Source: Savitreella phatthalungensis
Lineage: Eukaryota
Direction of reading: 5' to 3'
DNA length: 64,000 nucleotides
NCBI GenBank assembly: GCA_051599415.1
Contig: AP039697.1
Coordinates: 124,001 to 188,000 of the forward strand
Shown here: in pieces, positions 30,698 through 43,000 of the stretch
Layout: each line of letters starts with the position of its first letter
Numbering within the stretch: position 1 is the first letter of the stretch
Position numbers and translations under genes: made by a program
Notes under the pieces: model-generated
Databases searched by the model: none
What the model saw: only the letters and a program-made list of their open reading frames with translations
Told to the model about the DNA's origin: nothing

Positions 30698-32062
30698 TTA
30701 TGCGGTGTAAGGGGTGGCTGCAATCTCGACTGCGGAGACGCCGAGTGGTGCATTGATGCCCTTGAAGCCGACGTAGCCCTTGTTGTTGGCACCGTCAGAG
30801 ACGATCGACTTGAAGAACGTGTCGCCGACGATGGAGAGACGGGTGGTCGGGTCGAGCTCTGCGCCGCCGATGGCGGAAAGGCAGAAGCCGCCGAGGCCCG
30901 TGTTCTGCTCCAGGTAGTTCGTGAGGACGTTGGAAGGGACACCGAGCTGGGCAATCACGTCTGGTGAAAGTGTACCGAGGTTGAGGTCCTTCGGGTTCAG
31001 GCGGAACTGCTTGCCACCGAGGGCAGCGGTGATGGGCGTGTTATCGAGGATGTGGCAGGGCGTGGCAAAGAGGACGATGATGCCGGAGGGCTGGATCGGG
31101 ATCGAGTTTGTTGCAAGGGCGAATGCCTCAGCGGTGGCAAGGTCAGCAACGTAGATGGTCGTTCCGGAATCGATAGCACCGAAGGTAGCGCCTGAGGTGC
31201 CTGGAATGATAGCACCGTTCTTGCCGATGCCATCAAGTGGGACCTCCCAGTAAGTCTGCGTGTTGACCTTGACAGAGGTGACAGGGCCGGAGTAGTCGGA
31301 CGGCTTGGCGCCGATGACGAGCTCAGAGATGCCCTGGGTGCCAGAGGCAGCGCGGCCAAGACGGAAGGCAAAGTAGTCCGCTGCGAGGACACCCTGGGAG
31401 ACGGCGTTGGAGAACCAGGTGGGGGAGCCGCTGTTGGCGATGCTGTTGAAGGCAGCACCCATGAGGCCGTCAGCATTGCTGTCGGCGAAACCCTGGGCGG
31501 TCGTCAAGGCGACCACGTTCTGGTTCTTCACAGTCAGGCCCTGGATCGAGACGTTGTCGAGTCTGTTCTCGCCGGAGATGGCGCCGGAGCCGTAGGTGAC
31601 CATGGTCGTGTTGCCACGGTCGACACCACCGCTGTAGTGCTTGCCCGGGCATTGGGACGTTGGGCACGATGGCCCGGGCAGGAAGAGGTCTGAGGATCCG
31701 GTGTCGAAGTCAACGGTGAAGGTACCGCTGTTGCCGACGACGATCGGGCCATAGTAGAGCTCGTCACCTCCAGAGTCAGCCTGGTCGGTGAGAGGGTCGG
31801 TGGCGGAGCTGCCGCGCTTGCCCAGCAGGGAGGTCTTGCCAGCGGTGAACTCTGCGAACCGGGCAGGAATGAACTCCTTGGCCTTGTACTTGATCAAGGT
31901 CTTGTTGAACTCGTGTAGGAACTGGCCAACATCGGCTGTGCCATCGGAACGAGCCTGGAGCGTCCGGCGGCGAAGCGGGACGTTGAAGCTCTTGGCAGGA
32001 GCAGGTGCTGGGGCTGCTGCGACAAGAGCAGCTGTCGTGAGTGCTAGGTTGACGAGCTGCAT
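30698..32062 (-). CDS. Secreted pepsin-like (A1) aspartic protease
   Basis: Signal peptide and propeptide ending KR. Catalytic DFDTGSSDL and AIDSGTT, flap YGSG, IVGDTF. Confidence 0.95.
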   Translation of the reverse strand: MQLVNLALTTAALVAAAPAPAPAKSFNVPLRRRTLQARSDGTADVGQFLHEFNKTLIKYKAKEFIPARFAEFTAGKTSLLGKRGSSATDPLTDQADSGGDELYYGPIVVGNSGTFTVDFDTGSSDLFLPGPSCPTSQCPGKHYSGGVDRGNTTMVTYGSGAISGENRLDNVSIQGLTVKNQNVVALTTAQGFADSNADGLMGAAFNSIANSGSPTWFSNAVSQGVLAADYFAFRLGRAASGTQGISELVIGAKPSDYSGPVTSVKVNTQTYWEVPLDGIGKNGAIIPGTSGATFGAIDSGTTIYVADLATAEAFALATNSIPIQPSGIIVLFATPCHILDNTPITAALGGKQFRLNPKDLNLGTLSPDVIAQLGVPSNVLTNYLEQNTGLGGFCLSAIGGAELDPTTRLSIVGDTFFKSIVSDGANNKGYVGFKGINAPLGVSAVEIAATPYTA

Positions 32063-33545
32063 TCTGGTAGATGATAACGCAGTGAGAGGTGGATCACCGA
32101 GGTGTCTTATAGTGCTCGTGCTTCGGCATCGACGAAGGACTCGGAATTGAGTAGAGGTCGTCCCTGTTCAGCGATAGGTCGAGCGATCTGTAGCTTAAGC
32201 GTGGACACGCGCGAGGTCGACGTGCATACCGCGAAGCTGGCATGCATTGTGTGCCCCATTCATGGTAGAGCACCCATCAGTTGAAAGCTAATGACCCTAG
32301 AAGGTTAAGACTCACGCGAGCACCAAAGGGACGATCTTTTTACGTCTTTCCCCACGTTTGGTGAGGGTGAACGGCTAAAGTTGACGGGAGATCAGCCATC
32401 AACCTCATGGACAGATGAGTTTGGGAGCCGACGGGCGGTCTGTGGTTGGTAGGACGTGCTGATGAGGAGTGGATTGAATTGAGGACCTTGGAGAGATATT
32501 GATGCATGGATAGAATGAAGAGGGGATCTGCATGGACCATTGATCCAATCCCTTACCCCTAGTAGACTACACCGCCGAGAAGGATAGCTTCGAGGGTCTG
32601 TGTAGTGTGTAACCTGTGAATGATGCCTTGGAAGTAATTCGTTCAATCTCCTGTCGGCTAGCGTTTCCCTTTGCCACTTTTGACTTGCTGCAGAATTAAA
32701 GGAGAAATGGTGAAATTTGGTGACTTTTGACAAGCCATAGATAGGAACTGCTGTAGCTCGGCCAAATTCACCATGTCACTCGCCTTCGTTGACCTTCTTC
32801 GACTCTTGTCACCGAGAAACAGCCTTTGAACGGTCGATTGCTGAGAGGATGTTGATTCGGCGATCCCTTCCAGAACCTATTCAACTCTTCTCCCTCGACA
32901 CAGCAGAGGTTGCAAGATAATTAGGCTGGAAGCTTGAACAATGTCCAATGGAAGTGACAGCACGAGAGCAACCGGTGCCGACAATGATAGCTATTGTGAC
33001 CGGGTGACCGAGTGGCAAGTGCAAATCCTAAATATTGACAGATTGGTAAATGTCCAATCGTCGTCTACTTCAGCCATGTCGGTACGTCCTGTTTGATGAC
33101 GAAGTAGTTCTAGTGGTACATTCTGGGGCTCCTCTATTCAAAGATGCTAGGAGCCTGCCCCACGCATGGAGATCCTAGCTAGATAGAGAGGTGTCTTCTG
33201 CAGAAGTCATCATAGCAGACATAGGTTGTCCCACACATTCTCCGGATTCTGAGTGATAGTTCATGCGAATGACATGTCTGCACAGGTCACTCCGAGTCGG
33301 AATTCCGTAGATCAATCACCGTAGTCGTGAACCTCCTATCGCCGTGTCCACCTATCTCCGCCATCGGAGCTAAGCGTATTCCGGAACGTGAACCTGATGT
33401 AGATTGCAGCTGCCACATATATGTTCCGAATGACGTTCGGCCGTGCATGAATCACGATTGTGAAGACCGACGATTTCCACGTGACGCGATTGCTCCTAAA
33501 TTCAGTGCCGTCCTGGGTCGATGTATCCGCGGGGGGGATGCTGTT

Positions 33546-34793
33546 CTATCGCGTATTGACGGCGTTCCTGGTGGAGTACATGCCTTTACGCCAGTCCTGT
33601 GGGAGTGCTTGCTGTGGTGGGATCGAGTCGAAACAACGTCCACAGTACTGACGCTTGTTACCCTTGATCTGCCAGGCGTCTGTGCCGGGGACTCTGCACC
33701 ATGCGCACTTCCACCGTAGGCGCTCGTGTTCTGGCATGCCACCAGCTGCAATCAGCTCGTCTTCCGCGAGCTTGCGCTTCTTTGTGCCAAAGCGGGATGA
33801 TTCACGTCGTAGCCTACGCATGACGCGCTCACGTTCTGCATCCCGCTTGTCGATGTCCTCCTTCGAGAGGAGTTCGATGGCTGGTGTCCAGTCGTCTGTG
33901 CCTGTACCTGTGGATGCGTTATTGCCAGATGGGTTTCGGACGCCTGGATCTTCCTCGTCTCCGTACAGATTTGCCTTGCCTGCCTGGTATTGATCCGCGA
34001 GCTCCTTCTTGACCCGGATCAGCTGCTCACGCACGGCGCACGAGATCGCCGGCACGAACTCGCCAAAGAGCCCCATGTCCCGACACGTAGCCCTCACAAA
34101 CTCCTCGATCCCAGACATGTCGTTCAGATTCCACTCGAACTTGTCCGTCACAAGGTGTCTGGCCAAGTGCATCTCCACCTCCACCGTCGCCATCACAGGT
34201 CTCGTCCCTGGAAACTGGACATTTGCCACAGGCGCATACTCTTCCAGCTGCTTGCGTACATCCCTTGCAATGTCCTGAACGTATCCTGGTGGGAGTGCGA
34301 GGTCCTGGACTAGGTTGAGGGCGAATTCTGTGGGTGTGACGAGCTCCTCGTTCAGATTCCATAGGAATGTGTCTTTGAGATGCACATTTCCCGGCAAGTC
34401 CATATCGAGGCGGATTGGGATCAGATTTTCAGGTGTTTCTGCGGCGCGTTCCAGCACGTGGTCAGATCTGATCCTCACCCATGACTTTGGCCGGTATTGC
34501 AGCTTCGCCGTGCCTTCTGGTAGCGCGACGACGTATCCACGCCCATCGTACGTAGGTTCCTGACGACCGTCCGCCTTGTCTGCCTCGTTTGCCGTCTCGT
34601 TTGACTCCGAAGGGGGAGGTGACATACTCGATGTGTCCCTGTAGCTCGGACGAGGTCGCGTATTCCGATCTCCACGCTCGCGAGCGTGTTCACGATCGCC
34701 TGCCTGCAGCCATTCAGCGCGATTTGCAGGCGTGATCAAAGCAGTCGAGCCCGTCGCCAGCCGAGACGTGTATGACGATAGATACTGTGCCAT
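33546..34793 (-). CDS. SFH1: Sfh1 (SNF5 family) RSC chromatin-remodelling subunit with C-terminal CxxC..CxxC finger
   Basis: LIPIRLDMD...DTFLWNLNE and DKFEWNL (SNF5 repeats), RERVMRRLRRE, CAWC...CGRC. First ATG at 34793 (MAQYLSSYTSRL). Confidence 0.88.
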   Translation of the reverse strand: MAQYLSSYTSRLATGSTALITPANRAEWLQAGDREHARERGDRNTRPRPSYRDTSSMSPPPSESNETANEADKADGRQEPTYDGRGYVVALPEGTAKLQYRPKSWVRIRSDHVLERAAETPENLIPIRLDMDLPGNVHLKDTFLWNLNEELVTPTEFALNLVQDLALPPGYVQDIARDVRKQLEEYAPVANVQFPGTRPVMATVEVEMHLARHLVTDKFEWNLNDMSGIEEFVRATCRDMGLFGEFVPAISCAVREQLIRVKKELADQYQAGKANLYGDEEDPGVRNPSGNNASTGTGTDDWTPAIELLSKEDIDKRDAERERVMRRLRRESSRFGTKKRKLAEDELIAAGGMPEHERLRWKCAWCRVPGTDAWQIKGNKRQYCGRCFDSIPPQQALPQDWRKGMYSTRNAVNTR

Positions 34794-35344
34794 GTCTATC
34801 GAAGGACAGTGTCGAGTACCGCTCTTCGACTGGAAATGTATCAGGCGGCTCAAGTACAATGATGTATGTACTGCTGACGTGGAAGAAGAAGAGAGCGCGT
34901 GTACTCTAGAGCTTGATTGTCAGACTGCGGAACAATGCAGTGCTTACTTTGATATTGTCTGGACTCGCGCGTTTGTCTTTTCATTCATATTCAGATGTAC
35001 GTGCATGTTTTCTTTGAGAGTGGCCATGCACGTGACGCGACCGAACTCTCGCCCAAAATCCTCACAAACCTTCCTGGGATTAATTTCAATCCATATAGAA
35101 TCTATATTCCTGCAGCTGGAACAATGCGATAATTAAGTCTCTGCTGTATTCAATGTCTAAAACGTTCGTGGGTAAATATAGGGGAATTTTATTATTTCTT
35201 ATCTCCAGTTGTATTCATTCCCATCATTGTATCCAATGTTCGTTGTTCGTATGCTCTGCTCCATTCCCCGATTGACAGTGGCTGAGCACGCCACCATAGC
35301 CATCGAGCTCGCTTTGACCTTCAGGAGTGTCACTGACTAGAGGA

Positions 35345-37072
35345 TCAAAGGCATGCTACCACTGCTGCAGCCATCAGTGCAGCTGTGAGAGATGCGGCTA
35401 CCGCTGCTGCTCCACTGCGAGCTGTGGAAGCGGTTGCGGATGTCGAGGCCGCTCCACCGGCTGCTGTACTCTGCCTCGCGGTCGCAGAGGAGGAGGTGGC
35501 TGTTGCAAGGACGTAGCCCCTTGGGGTGACTGTCATGACGGCTGCGGATCTTGTAGTGACTGGTGATGCACTTGCATCGTAGAGTGCAGATACCCAGAAT
35601 GAGCATCGCTCATTCTTGTTCGGGTCCTGGATGGTGGTGATCTGGGAGTTGTTGTACTGGAGCACGTTTGCCTCTCGGTAGGAAGGCACGTTGCCAGGGG
35701 TCTTGAGCAGGGCAAAGTCAACAAATTGCCGCTGCATCAGAGCAGCAGCCGTGTAGTTGACGCTCGCTCCCACAAACGACGCAAGACGCGGGAACAAATA
35801 AAACAGCTCCCCTGAATGTCCAGCAGTACCAATGTCAAACTGCCACACGTATGACATACTCGGGATGAATGCCGCGAGCGCTCTGATGTTGCATACGAAG
35901 CAGGTGTCCTGGATGAGGATCCGCAGACGGTCGTATTGTGACTGGTAGAGCCCTGTCGGCGGGACTGGGTAGAGCGTGGAGACCATGTTGGTAACGACAT
36001 CTGCTGCGCCGTTGAAGAAGCCCGTCAGGGTGTCCTCAAACTGCTGCTCAGTTGTGACAGAGGTGTTGGCAAATCCGACACTTTCATATGCTGATGTGGA
36101 AAGCAACATCGGCATCGCCACTGCCTGACGACTCGTCAATAATGCTGCTGGGAAATCAGGCACATAGTCTCCATCGATCGTCGGCCCAAAAACGAACGAA
36201 CCAAAGACCTTAGACGCGCCGACTTGTGCCTGGTTGGCGGCCTGCAGGGTGTCGGTGTCCTTCGACCTCAGGCATGCGAGGTCACTGCAGCCTACGAGTG
36301 ACAGGAATGTTTGGTAGTTCTGCTCCATCACATCTGTCTGCCACATTGGCTGGAACGCAGGCGACTCGAGGATTGCCTGCTGAAACGCCGGCTTGACTGT
36401 GCCACCTCGAGCAGTAATGTGATGCATGATCGATGCTGCGCCGGCCGATTGACCTGCGACTGTCACTTTCTGTGGATCGCCTCCGAACTTGGAGATGTAT
36501 TGCTGGACCCAGTCGAGGATAGCTCGCTGATCGTACAGTCCCAGATTAGGTGTACCTCCTTGCGATGCGAAGGAACTACCTGCCATCCAGCCAAAAGCCC
36601 CGAGACGATAATTAGCAGCGATGAAGATGACGGGATCTCGCTGAACTAGGTCGCCGGCGTAGAATTGCTTGTCGCCGGACACAAAGCCGCCGCCGTGAAG
36701 CCAGACAACGACGCTCGCATTTCGCGTTACAGCATTTGGGACGAAGATGTTCATCACCAGACAATCCTCTGAGCTCGATTCTAGGACGAGTGGCACATTT
36801 CCCTGGTTCTTCGGAAATGCCTGTGGGCACGAATGGCCGATCGATCCGTTGTTGATGGTAGTCTCCTGCAGTGGCGCCTGAGGTTTCGCCCAGCGTAGGT
36901 CTCCGACAGGCGGGGCAGCATACCGAACGTTGTAGTACACTGTCATGTTGGTCGAGTCCTGAACGCTGCCCTGGACTTGACAGTACCCGAGATCGATGAC
37001 ATTTGTCGACTGTGCAAACGCGATTCGGGAGACACCCAGCAAAAGCGATGCCTGCAGCAGAAGCGACAGCAT
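35345..37072 (-). CDS. Secreted, probably GPI-anchored type-B carboxylesterase
   Basis: Signal peptide, SEDCLVMNIF, HGGGF, GQSAG, GHSGEL, then an S/T/A-rich tail and hydrophobic C-terminus. Confidence 0.93.
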   Translation of the reverse strand: MLSLLLQASLLLGVSRIAFAQSTNVIDLGYCQVQGSVQDSTNMTVYYNVRYAAPPVGDLRWAKPQAPLQETTINNGSIGHSCPQAFPKNQGNVPLVLESSSEDCLVMNIFVPNAVTRNASVVVWLHGGGFVSGDKQFYAGDLVQRDPVIFIAANYRLGAFGWMAGSSFASQGGTPNLGLYDQRAILDWVQQYISKFGGDPQKVTVAGQSAGAASIMHHITARGGTVKPAFQQAILESPAFQPMWQTDVMEQNYQTFLSLVGCSDLACLRSKDTDTLQAANQAQVGASKVFGSFVFGPTIDGDYVPDFPAALLTSRQAVAMPMLLSTSAYESVGFANTSVTTEQQFEDTLTGFFNGAADVVTNMVSTLYPVPPTGLYQSQYDRLRILIQDTCFVCNIRALAAFIPSMSYVWQFDIGTAGHSGELFYLFPRLASFVGASVNYTAAALMQRQFVDFALLKTPGNVPSYREANVLQYNNSQITTIQDPNKNERCSFWVSALYDASASPVTTRSAAVMTVTPRGYVLATATSSSATARQSTAAGGAASTSATASTARSGAAAVAASLTAALMAAAVVACL

Positions 37073-40000
37073 GATGCTGTACTTTTATCCTCGCCTGCTC
37101 TTTTAAATCGGTTCAGTCAAACAGAACCTTGAGCTGTTGACGAGGTGTGTTGTGTGATGATGAGAAGAGAGACAGGCTCGCCGCGTCGGACGTTGTTCAA
37201 GACTTTTGTTGATCGCACGAAGGATCTTTCCCATCTGTCCCATTCAGGCTGAGCAACGGTTTTGCGTGCCATCCTCGGAAGACCAGGCAGCTCAGAGCAT
37301 GAGGATCCATTTGTCTCTGGCCAAAACTTACACAAGGCCAGGCAAGGTGTGTTTCCCGATCTAAAAGGCGTGAACTCTGGTCGAAAGCCCGATCCAGAAC
37401 TCCGACCGTCTTGGCAGGCCGAGACAATCTAAGAGCCCTCTGATTCTGTCTGGCTATGGCACCAATTTGTCAGTCAAAGGATCTTGACGGACTCAGTAAG
37501 GACCTGACCTCCCGTAGCTCCATCTTCCAGAGTACTCAAACCGAGCTCTGGCCGAGGTGTCAAATCTAGTTCCGATTCTGGTTTGCTTATGGTAGCGCTT
37601 CTGATTGGAGGTCTCCAACGTTGTGAATGTGACAGAGAATTTTCAATTTCGAGAACTGTTGTAGCTGTCTCCCGTCAAAACAAATTTGGTCAATCGTTTT
37701 GGGAAGTGCCGTACAAGAGATGTCGACGATCGTATTGGAGCTCAGCCACTCACGCACCTCAGATACGGTGATCATCCGGTTTCCGAACCCTTGTCAGTAA
37801 GTACTTACGGGTAGCCAGGTTCAACGACGCCACGGCTGGCTATACATGTTAGCAAGGGATTTCTCGTCAAGTGGGTAAACAGGCCATGAGTGTGGCAACA
37901 AGCACGTGCAACCTCCGTTCAAACGAACGGAGCGATCCGTCTGGTCAGACTTCCGAGACTGCTTGAATCCCGAAGATATGACAATTGTCCGTGAGGACCA
38001 TAGATCAGTGCTTCTCAGCCTAGATACGATCAGGCTGCGAGGATTTGACCAAGAGAGGGTCGCGTCATATGGTACTAGCGACTTCTTTAGTCGTACACCA
38101 TGATTCATCGACCACTGCAAAGCATTGTCTCATGGTGCTAGCTGCCATTTGTCGATCGTCGTGAGTGAATAGCCAGCTCACTTACGCAGGTACAACGACC
38201 AGACTTGAGTGTTTGAGGCCATTTTGACATGCTGCATCCGCGTCTGCCTATCTGCGGCTGACCAAGTCGTCGACGGTAGGCGAGATGACGCATGTTCTGC
38301 ATCAGCGAGCGTCATCTCCTGAAGCTCTCATTATGGTCTTCAAATCAAATTTACTTAGCATGTGGCTATTTCGAATGATATCGATAAGGACATGCACAAC
38401 GCGAATCATCCGCGCACATGTTGACGATCAGGTTCGTACGATACTGGTAGCTGATAACTTAGGCAGCCACACATGTCATCACTAATGGCTAAAGTTGCCG
38501 TTCTGCAAGTGTCGGAGATTTTCAGATTAGATACATCGCCTTGGTCATATACATCACCGTTATCTCGGTTGGGCACGGAAATGACGTCTTTGGGACCTCT
38601 CGGGACGGGTCGATCTTCGAGCTCGGAAAAACTTGTTATTTCTAGATTCAGTGCTAGCGTGCCAGTGACCCTTTCCTTTTCTGTCGTGAAGCCCATTTCT
38701 TGTTGTCAGGTCGTCATATAAGCCGTCGTGTCGGTGGCGCGCTTCGACTACGCTTTTACACGTGTTTGGCAATTGACTCCAAAGATCAGGATTGACAAAA
38801 TCACTGATAGCTGGACGGTGCGTTTCATGCATGATACAAACAGCCGCTGTGTCACCGGCCATAGTTCTGAGCATGAAGAAATACTGTCTGATTTCATTGG
38901 TTATCTGATTTCATTTCGCTCGATCGGGCTAAACTTTCTTGAGTTGTTCTCGAGAACAACTATAATATCGCGTATTGCAGGTATGAATTCTATATTTCAT
39001 GTATAATTTATTCATTAATCTCTCAGTATTAGCATAATTTTCACATGTCAGATGAAATGGTGAAAAGAAGCCCATCGATTGGTGTAGCTCCCGCAACCTC
39101 AATAGATATGCAGGTCTTAAAAGTTTGAACCACAGCCGATCCAGAAACTGCTGCCCTAACTGACACTTTCAAGACGATAAGCAACAACTCCTACTCGCGT
39201 CGATGTCTCATATCAATGCTAGCCATGGATGCTAAGCGTGACGGATCTCAGGATGCTGGCACACGGACAAGATACTCTATTCAGAGACGAGATGAACACG
39301 GCTTGCCAAGAGTCACCAGTCTCCCGAAAGCAGCATTTCACCCTGGCCTGGACCTTTCTGACAAGATACGCCTTTACATTTGCAGCAGGGCAATCTCTCG
39401 TGGATGGCAACTGAGTCTGTGTCCTTGCTGAGCTCTCAAGCCATTTTGTCTAGGTAGGTCGAAGGAGTGCTTGCTTTACGCGCTGCATGTGCCGTGACGG
39501 ATATCGCTAAGTTGCTATGGCGAATAGCAGAAGCAATGACTGTGCACGGACACTATGAATTACCGTCTAATGGACGCACAGACATCTTTCCCGTTTCATG
39601 CATCAATTCATCCGATATATTAGTATTGCCACTCAGGTGAACGCACAGACGTGCTTCGCCGTAGGGCTGCATTTGCCATATGTGTTCCGTGCGCACTACT
39701 CTATCGAGGATCCCAAAATAAATCGAATGAGCAAGATCGACAACACATGGATCCCAACCGAGTGACAACGATGGTGCCAATACCGCATTCAATATGGATT
39801 CAATATTGTGCGTGTTCGATGCTGCTGTTTCTGGTCGCTCACAGTCTGACAGCACTGTAGGAACCTTTCGGGCTGATCACATGGTGATAGACGGGCTGTA
39901 AATATGTCCTCGTGTAAAGTTCATTTGCCAGTTAGAGCTCAGACCTAACATCTTTGGATCCATCCAATATAGCGTACTATAGAGGTTTGACCACGATTCT

Positions 40001-43000
40001 GGATATTAATCTAATTTCAGAAACGAAAATAACTTTCAATTAGACCCTTCATTTCCATCACCCAAGCAGGTTAGGACTGTTCTGCAAACTCAACCTCGAG
40101 TCCTCCGAGACCGCATGCTCAGAGTCCAGACGCAGTATACACTATGACCAGCTGTAGACACGGTGAACAGCAAGGATACAATCGAGCGGCCGAGAGCCGC
40201 AATTTTGAACTGGAGTTTCAGTCGAGAAGTGAAGCTCCTCCACTCAATGGCTCTAGAAGTCCAGGCGGGGCAGGGCCGCGCGGAGGTGGTGCACAGCTTC
40301 TGAAGGCTTGATGGCATATTCCACTACCATAGAAACTACCATAGAAAATTCAGAATACAGACTTGACCGAGGCAGGAGAATTATGTCAAACAGCTAAGCG
40401 ATTAAATGCTCCCATGTGCAGGTCGACCGTTAGGTAGATTGTGTCAGGTAAGCATGGCTCCAAGCGACATGTTCAGACTATCTGACCACGCCGACATCCA
40501 GTGTCTCGACAAGGTTGAGGAGGCCATTGTGAGTGGTCTGAGACAATTGCGCGATCCCGGTAAAGTCAATCATCGATACTGATTGGGCTTCTTCCATAAA
40601 TGGGATCTCGAGTCCGCAGCACTGACTGAGACAAGAGGAGGCGATCGGATCTGAGACACTTGGCAATATGTCTCAACTTGCAGTGCATGCATCTTACCAG
40701 ATCGGGAAAAATGAAATTCCCATACGATTTCTTTCACCCTTCCAGGCTCATCTATCACACCGGTCAGGATGCAGCCAGTCAGGTTTACTACAGATAGAGG
40801 CTTTCATCGGTCTGACTGTGTCCTTTGATTCACCAAACCAGCAGTAATCCGTGACCCAAGGACTGGCATAGTCTTTCATTGGTGCATCTCCGATCTATTC
40901 AGACCTTCTGCCTTTTCCTCTTTTGAGCTGAATGCCGTGCGAAGACAAGACTCTACTACGGGGGGATATCACAACTCCGTGCATGTTATTCGGACCGATC
41001 GATGCACGGATGACTGCGCATCGCCCGCTCTACTAGGCGAGTGCCACACAGGCGGAACTGCAGATGACCGATGTATCAGCCGAGTCGAGCGATGGCATGA
41101 AATATCCGGCAAACATCCCGGTTCCTTGGCAGCTGTCAATCGTCCATCGGCTGGACAATGAGCTCTGTGGGGAACTTCTACATCGGAAAGGGAATCTTAC
41201 GAACTGAAATTACAACGACTTACATTTGGTCTGTGTAATGTTGAAATTGGGTAGATAATAACGGCGGACTTGCATGGGACATACCGCTCATCATGTGGAG
41301 AGCGTGAAGGGAGACCTTTCTCATGTCTGTCTCGAGACTGTCGTTGACCAAGTCAGGCAAGCAATCGAGGCCAAGATACGGGACTCGGGTACTATACAGA
41401 ATATTTTTATCTTCGAGACATTTTCATCTCATTCAAATTGGCTGGGGCTTTCGATGCAGCTCAATCGTATGGGCCCTATGGGAAGTTCTATGGGAAGTGC
41501 GGGACTGAGGCTTTCCCGCAATGCAATCCAATTCGGGCTCGCTTGTCGGACACTCTCCAAAACAGGATCGAGTCTGGATTCTTGACCTGTGTGTCCTGCC
41601 TCCCTGGAAACCAATCTATCGCATGGTCGATGTCACAAAATGAGTGAGAGAGGTGATACCGGGTATGCCTGGTCAGATACGCCGTACGCGAGATGGTCTC
41701 GATCGAGGTCACTATCACGATGACACGACAATGGATAGCACAGCATGTCGGCTCCCGTCGTTTCGCAAGAGATGCACGTTCGCACATACCTGTTTGCAAA
41801 TTTGGGTCACTCGTGTTTGCTCATCACGTCAATGACGACAAGATCGCGCAGGGGCGATGCGCACGCGGCCGCGGCAGCGACCGTGATCTACCCGCGTGTT
41901 TGTCATCAAAGCTAGTTCCTGAGAGACCCAAATTGGTGTGAGCCAGCAACGTGCCTGCACGATTAGCGCACGATCTGTCGGACAGTCGTGTTCATGGAAA
42001 CGAGCGGCCGTACATCAAACGAAGGACGTGCATCGGCATGATCACTTCCCATCGGAACTGTTGCGCCCACAGCAGATCCTTTCTTCTAAAGGCTAGCAAC
42101 GGGAGCGGCTGGTTATCTATTGGAGGTCAAATGATGTCGATGGTGGTCAATCCGAGGTCAATTCATTACGTCTAATCTAAATTCATCTTTCCTGACCAGG
42201 CGAGCAAGGAAATTAGGTGTGCAATCAAACGGAGCAATTCCGCACTGTTCATTCAGCCAAGTCGATTAGGCAATCTCATGTGGGCACATCACCAGAATAA
42301 CCACCGTCACAAGGTGGAGCTGATATAAGGATGAAGACCACAATCTGACATGATTCAAGCCTGTCAAGATAGAATCAACCACCGAGAGGTCATCCTATTC
42401 GTCAACGATCCTGTTTTTCCTTAAACATGAGAACCTCTGCCAGCACCATTACGCACGGGCTAGCAAGCTCTGGATCGAGGTGACTCTATCGGGATTCACA
42501 AAAGTCGATCTTGGCCATATTGGGATTCGATCGGGAAAGCCTTTCTGGCATTTCACCTCCATCAGATACCATGCACGAGCTGATTTCTATTCCTAGACAT
42601 TCAATCCAAAAAGAGAGTGTCTTTTTGAAGGTGGTCAGATCCGATTCATCTAGTAAAATGCTTCTGGCGGCCAAAGCATCGACTATCATTAATCTCACCG
42701 AGGTGAGAAGAGGTTCTCGCTATTTTGAGACCCAATGAGGCTTGAGCGGGAGGAAGAAGAGGGGTGGTAGGATGAGCGATTGATGGGTTGACTTGACGTT
42801 TGGCGAGCTCCATTGAGTGTTTCAGTAGTCCAGAGTTTTCGACTGGCAATATTCCAATATACTGACCGAGCCCCAATCTGCCTGCCGTCTTGTTTGCCAT
42901 TATTCGGCAAGTCCACCGCATCGCGCTCAGATACACATTAGCTCTCAATTGAGTCTGAACGCTCAAAGTCTATACCAGTTGACGATAGAGGATAATGGTC

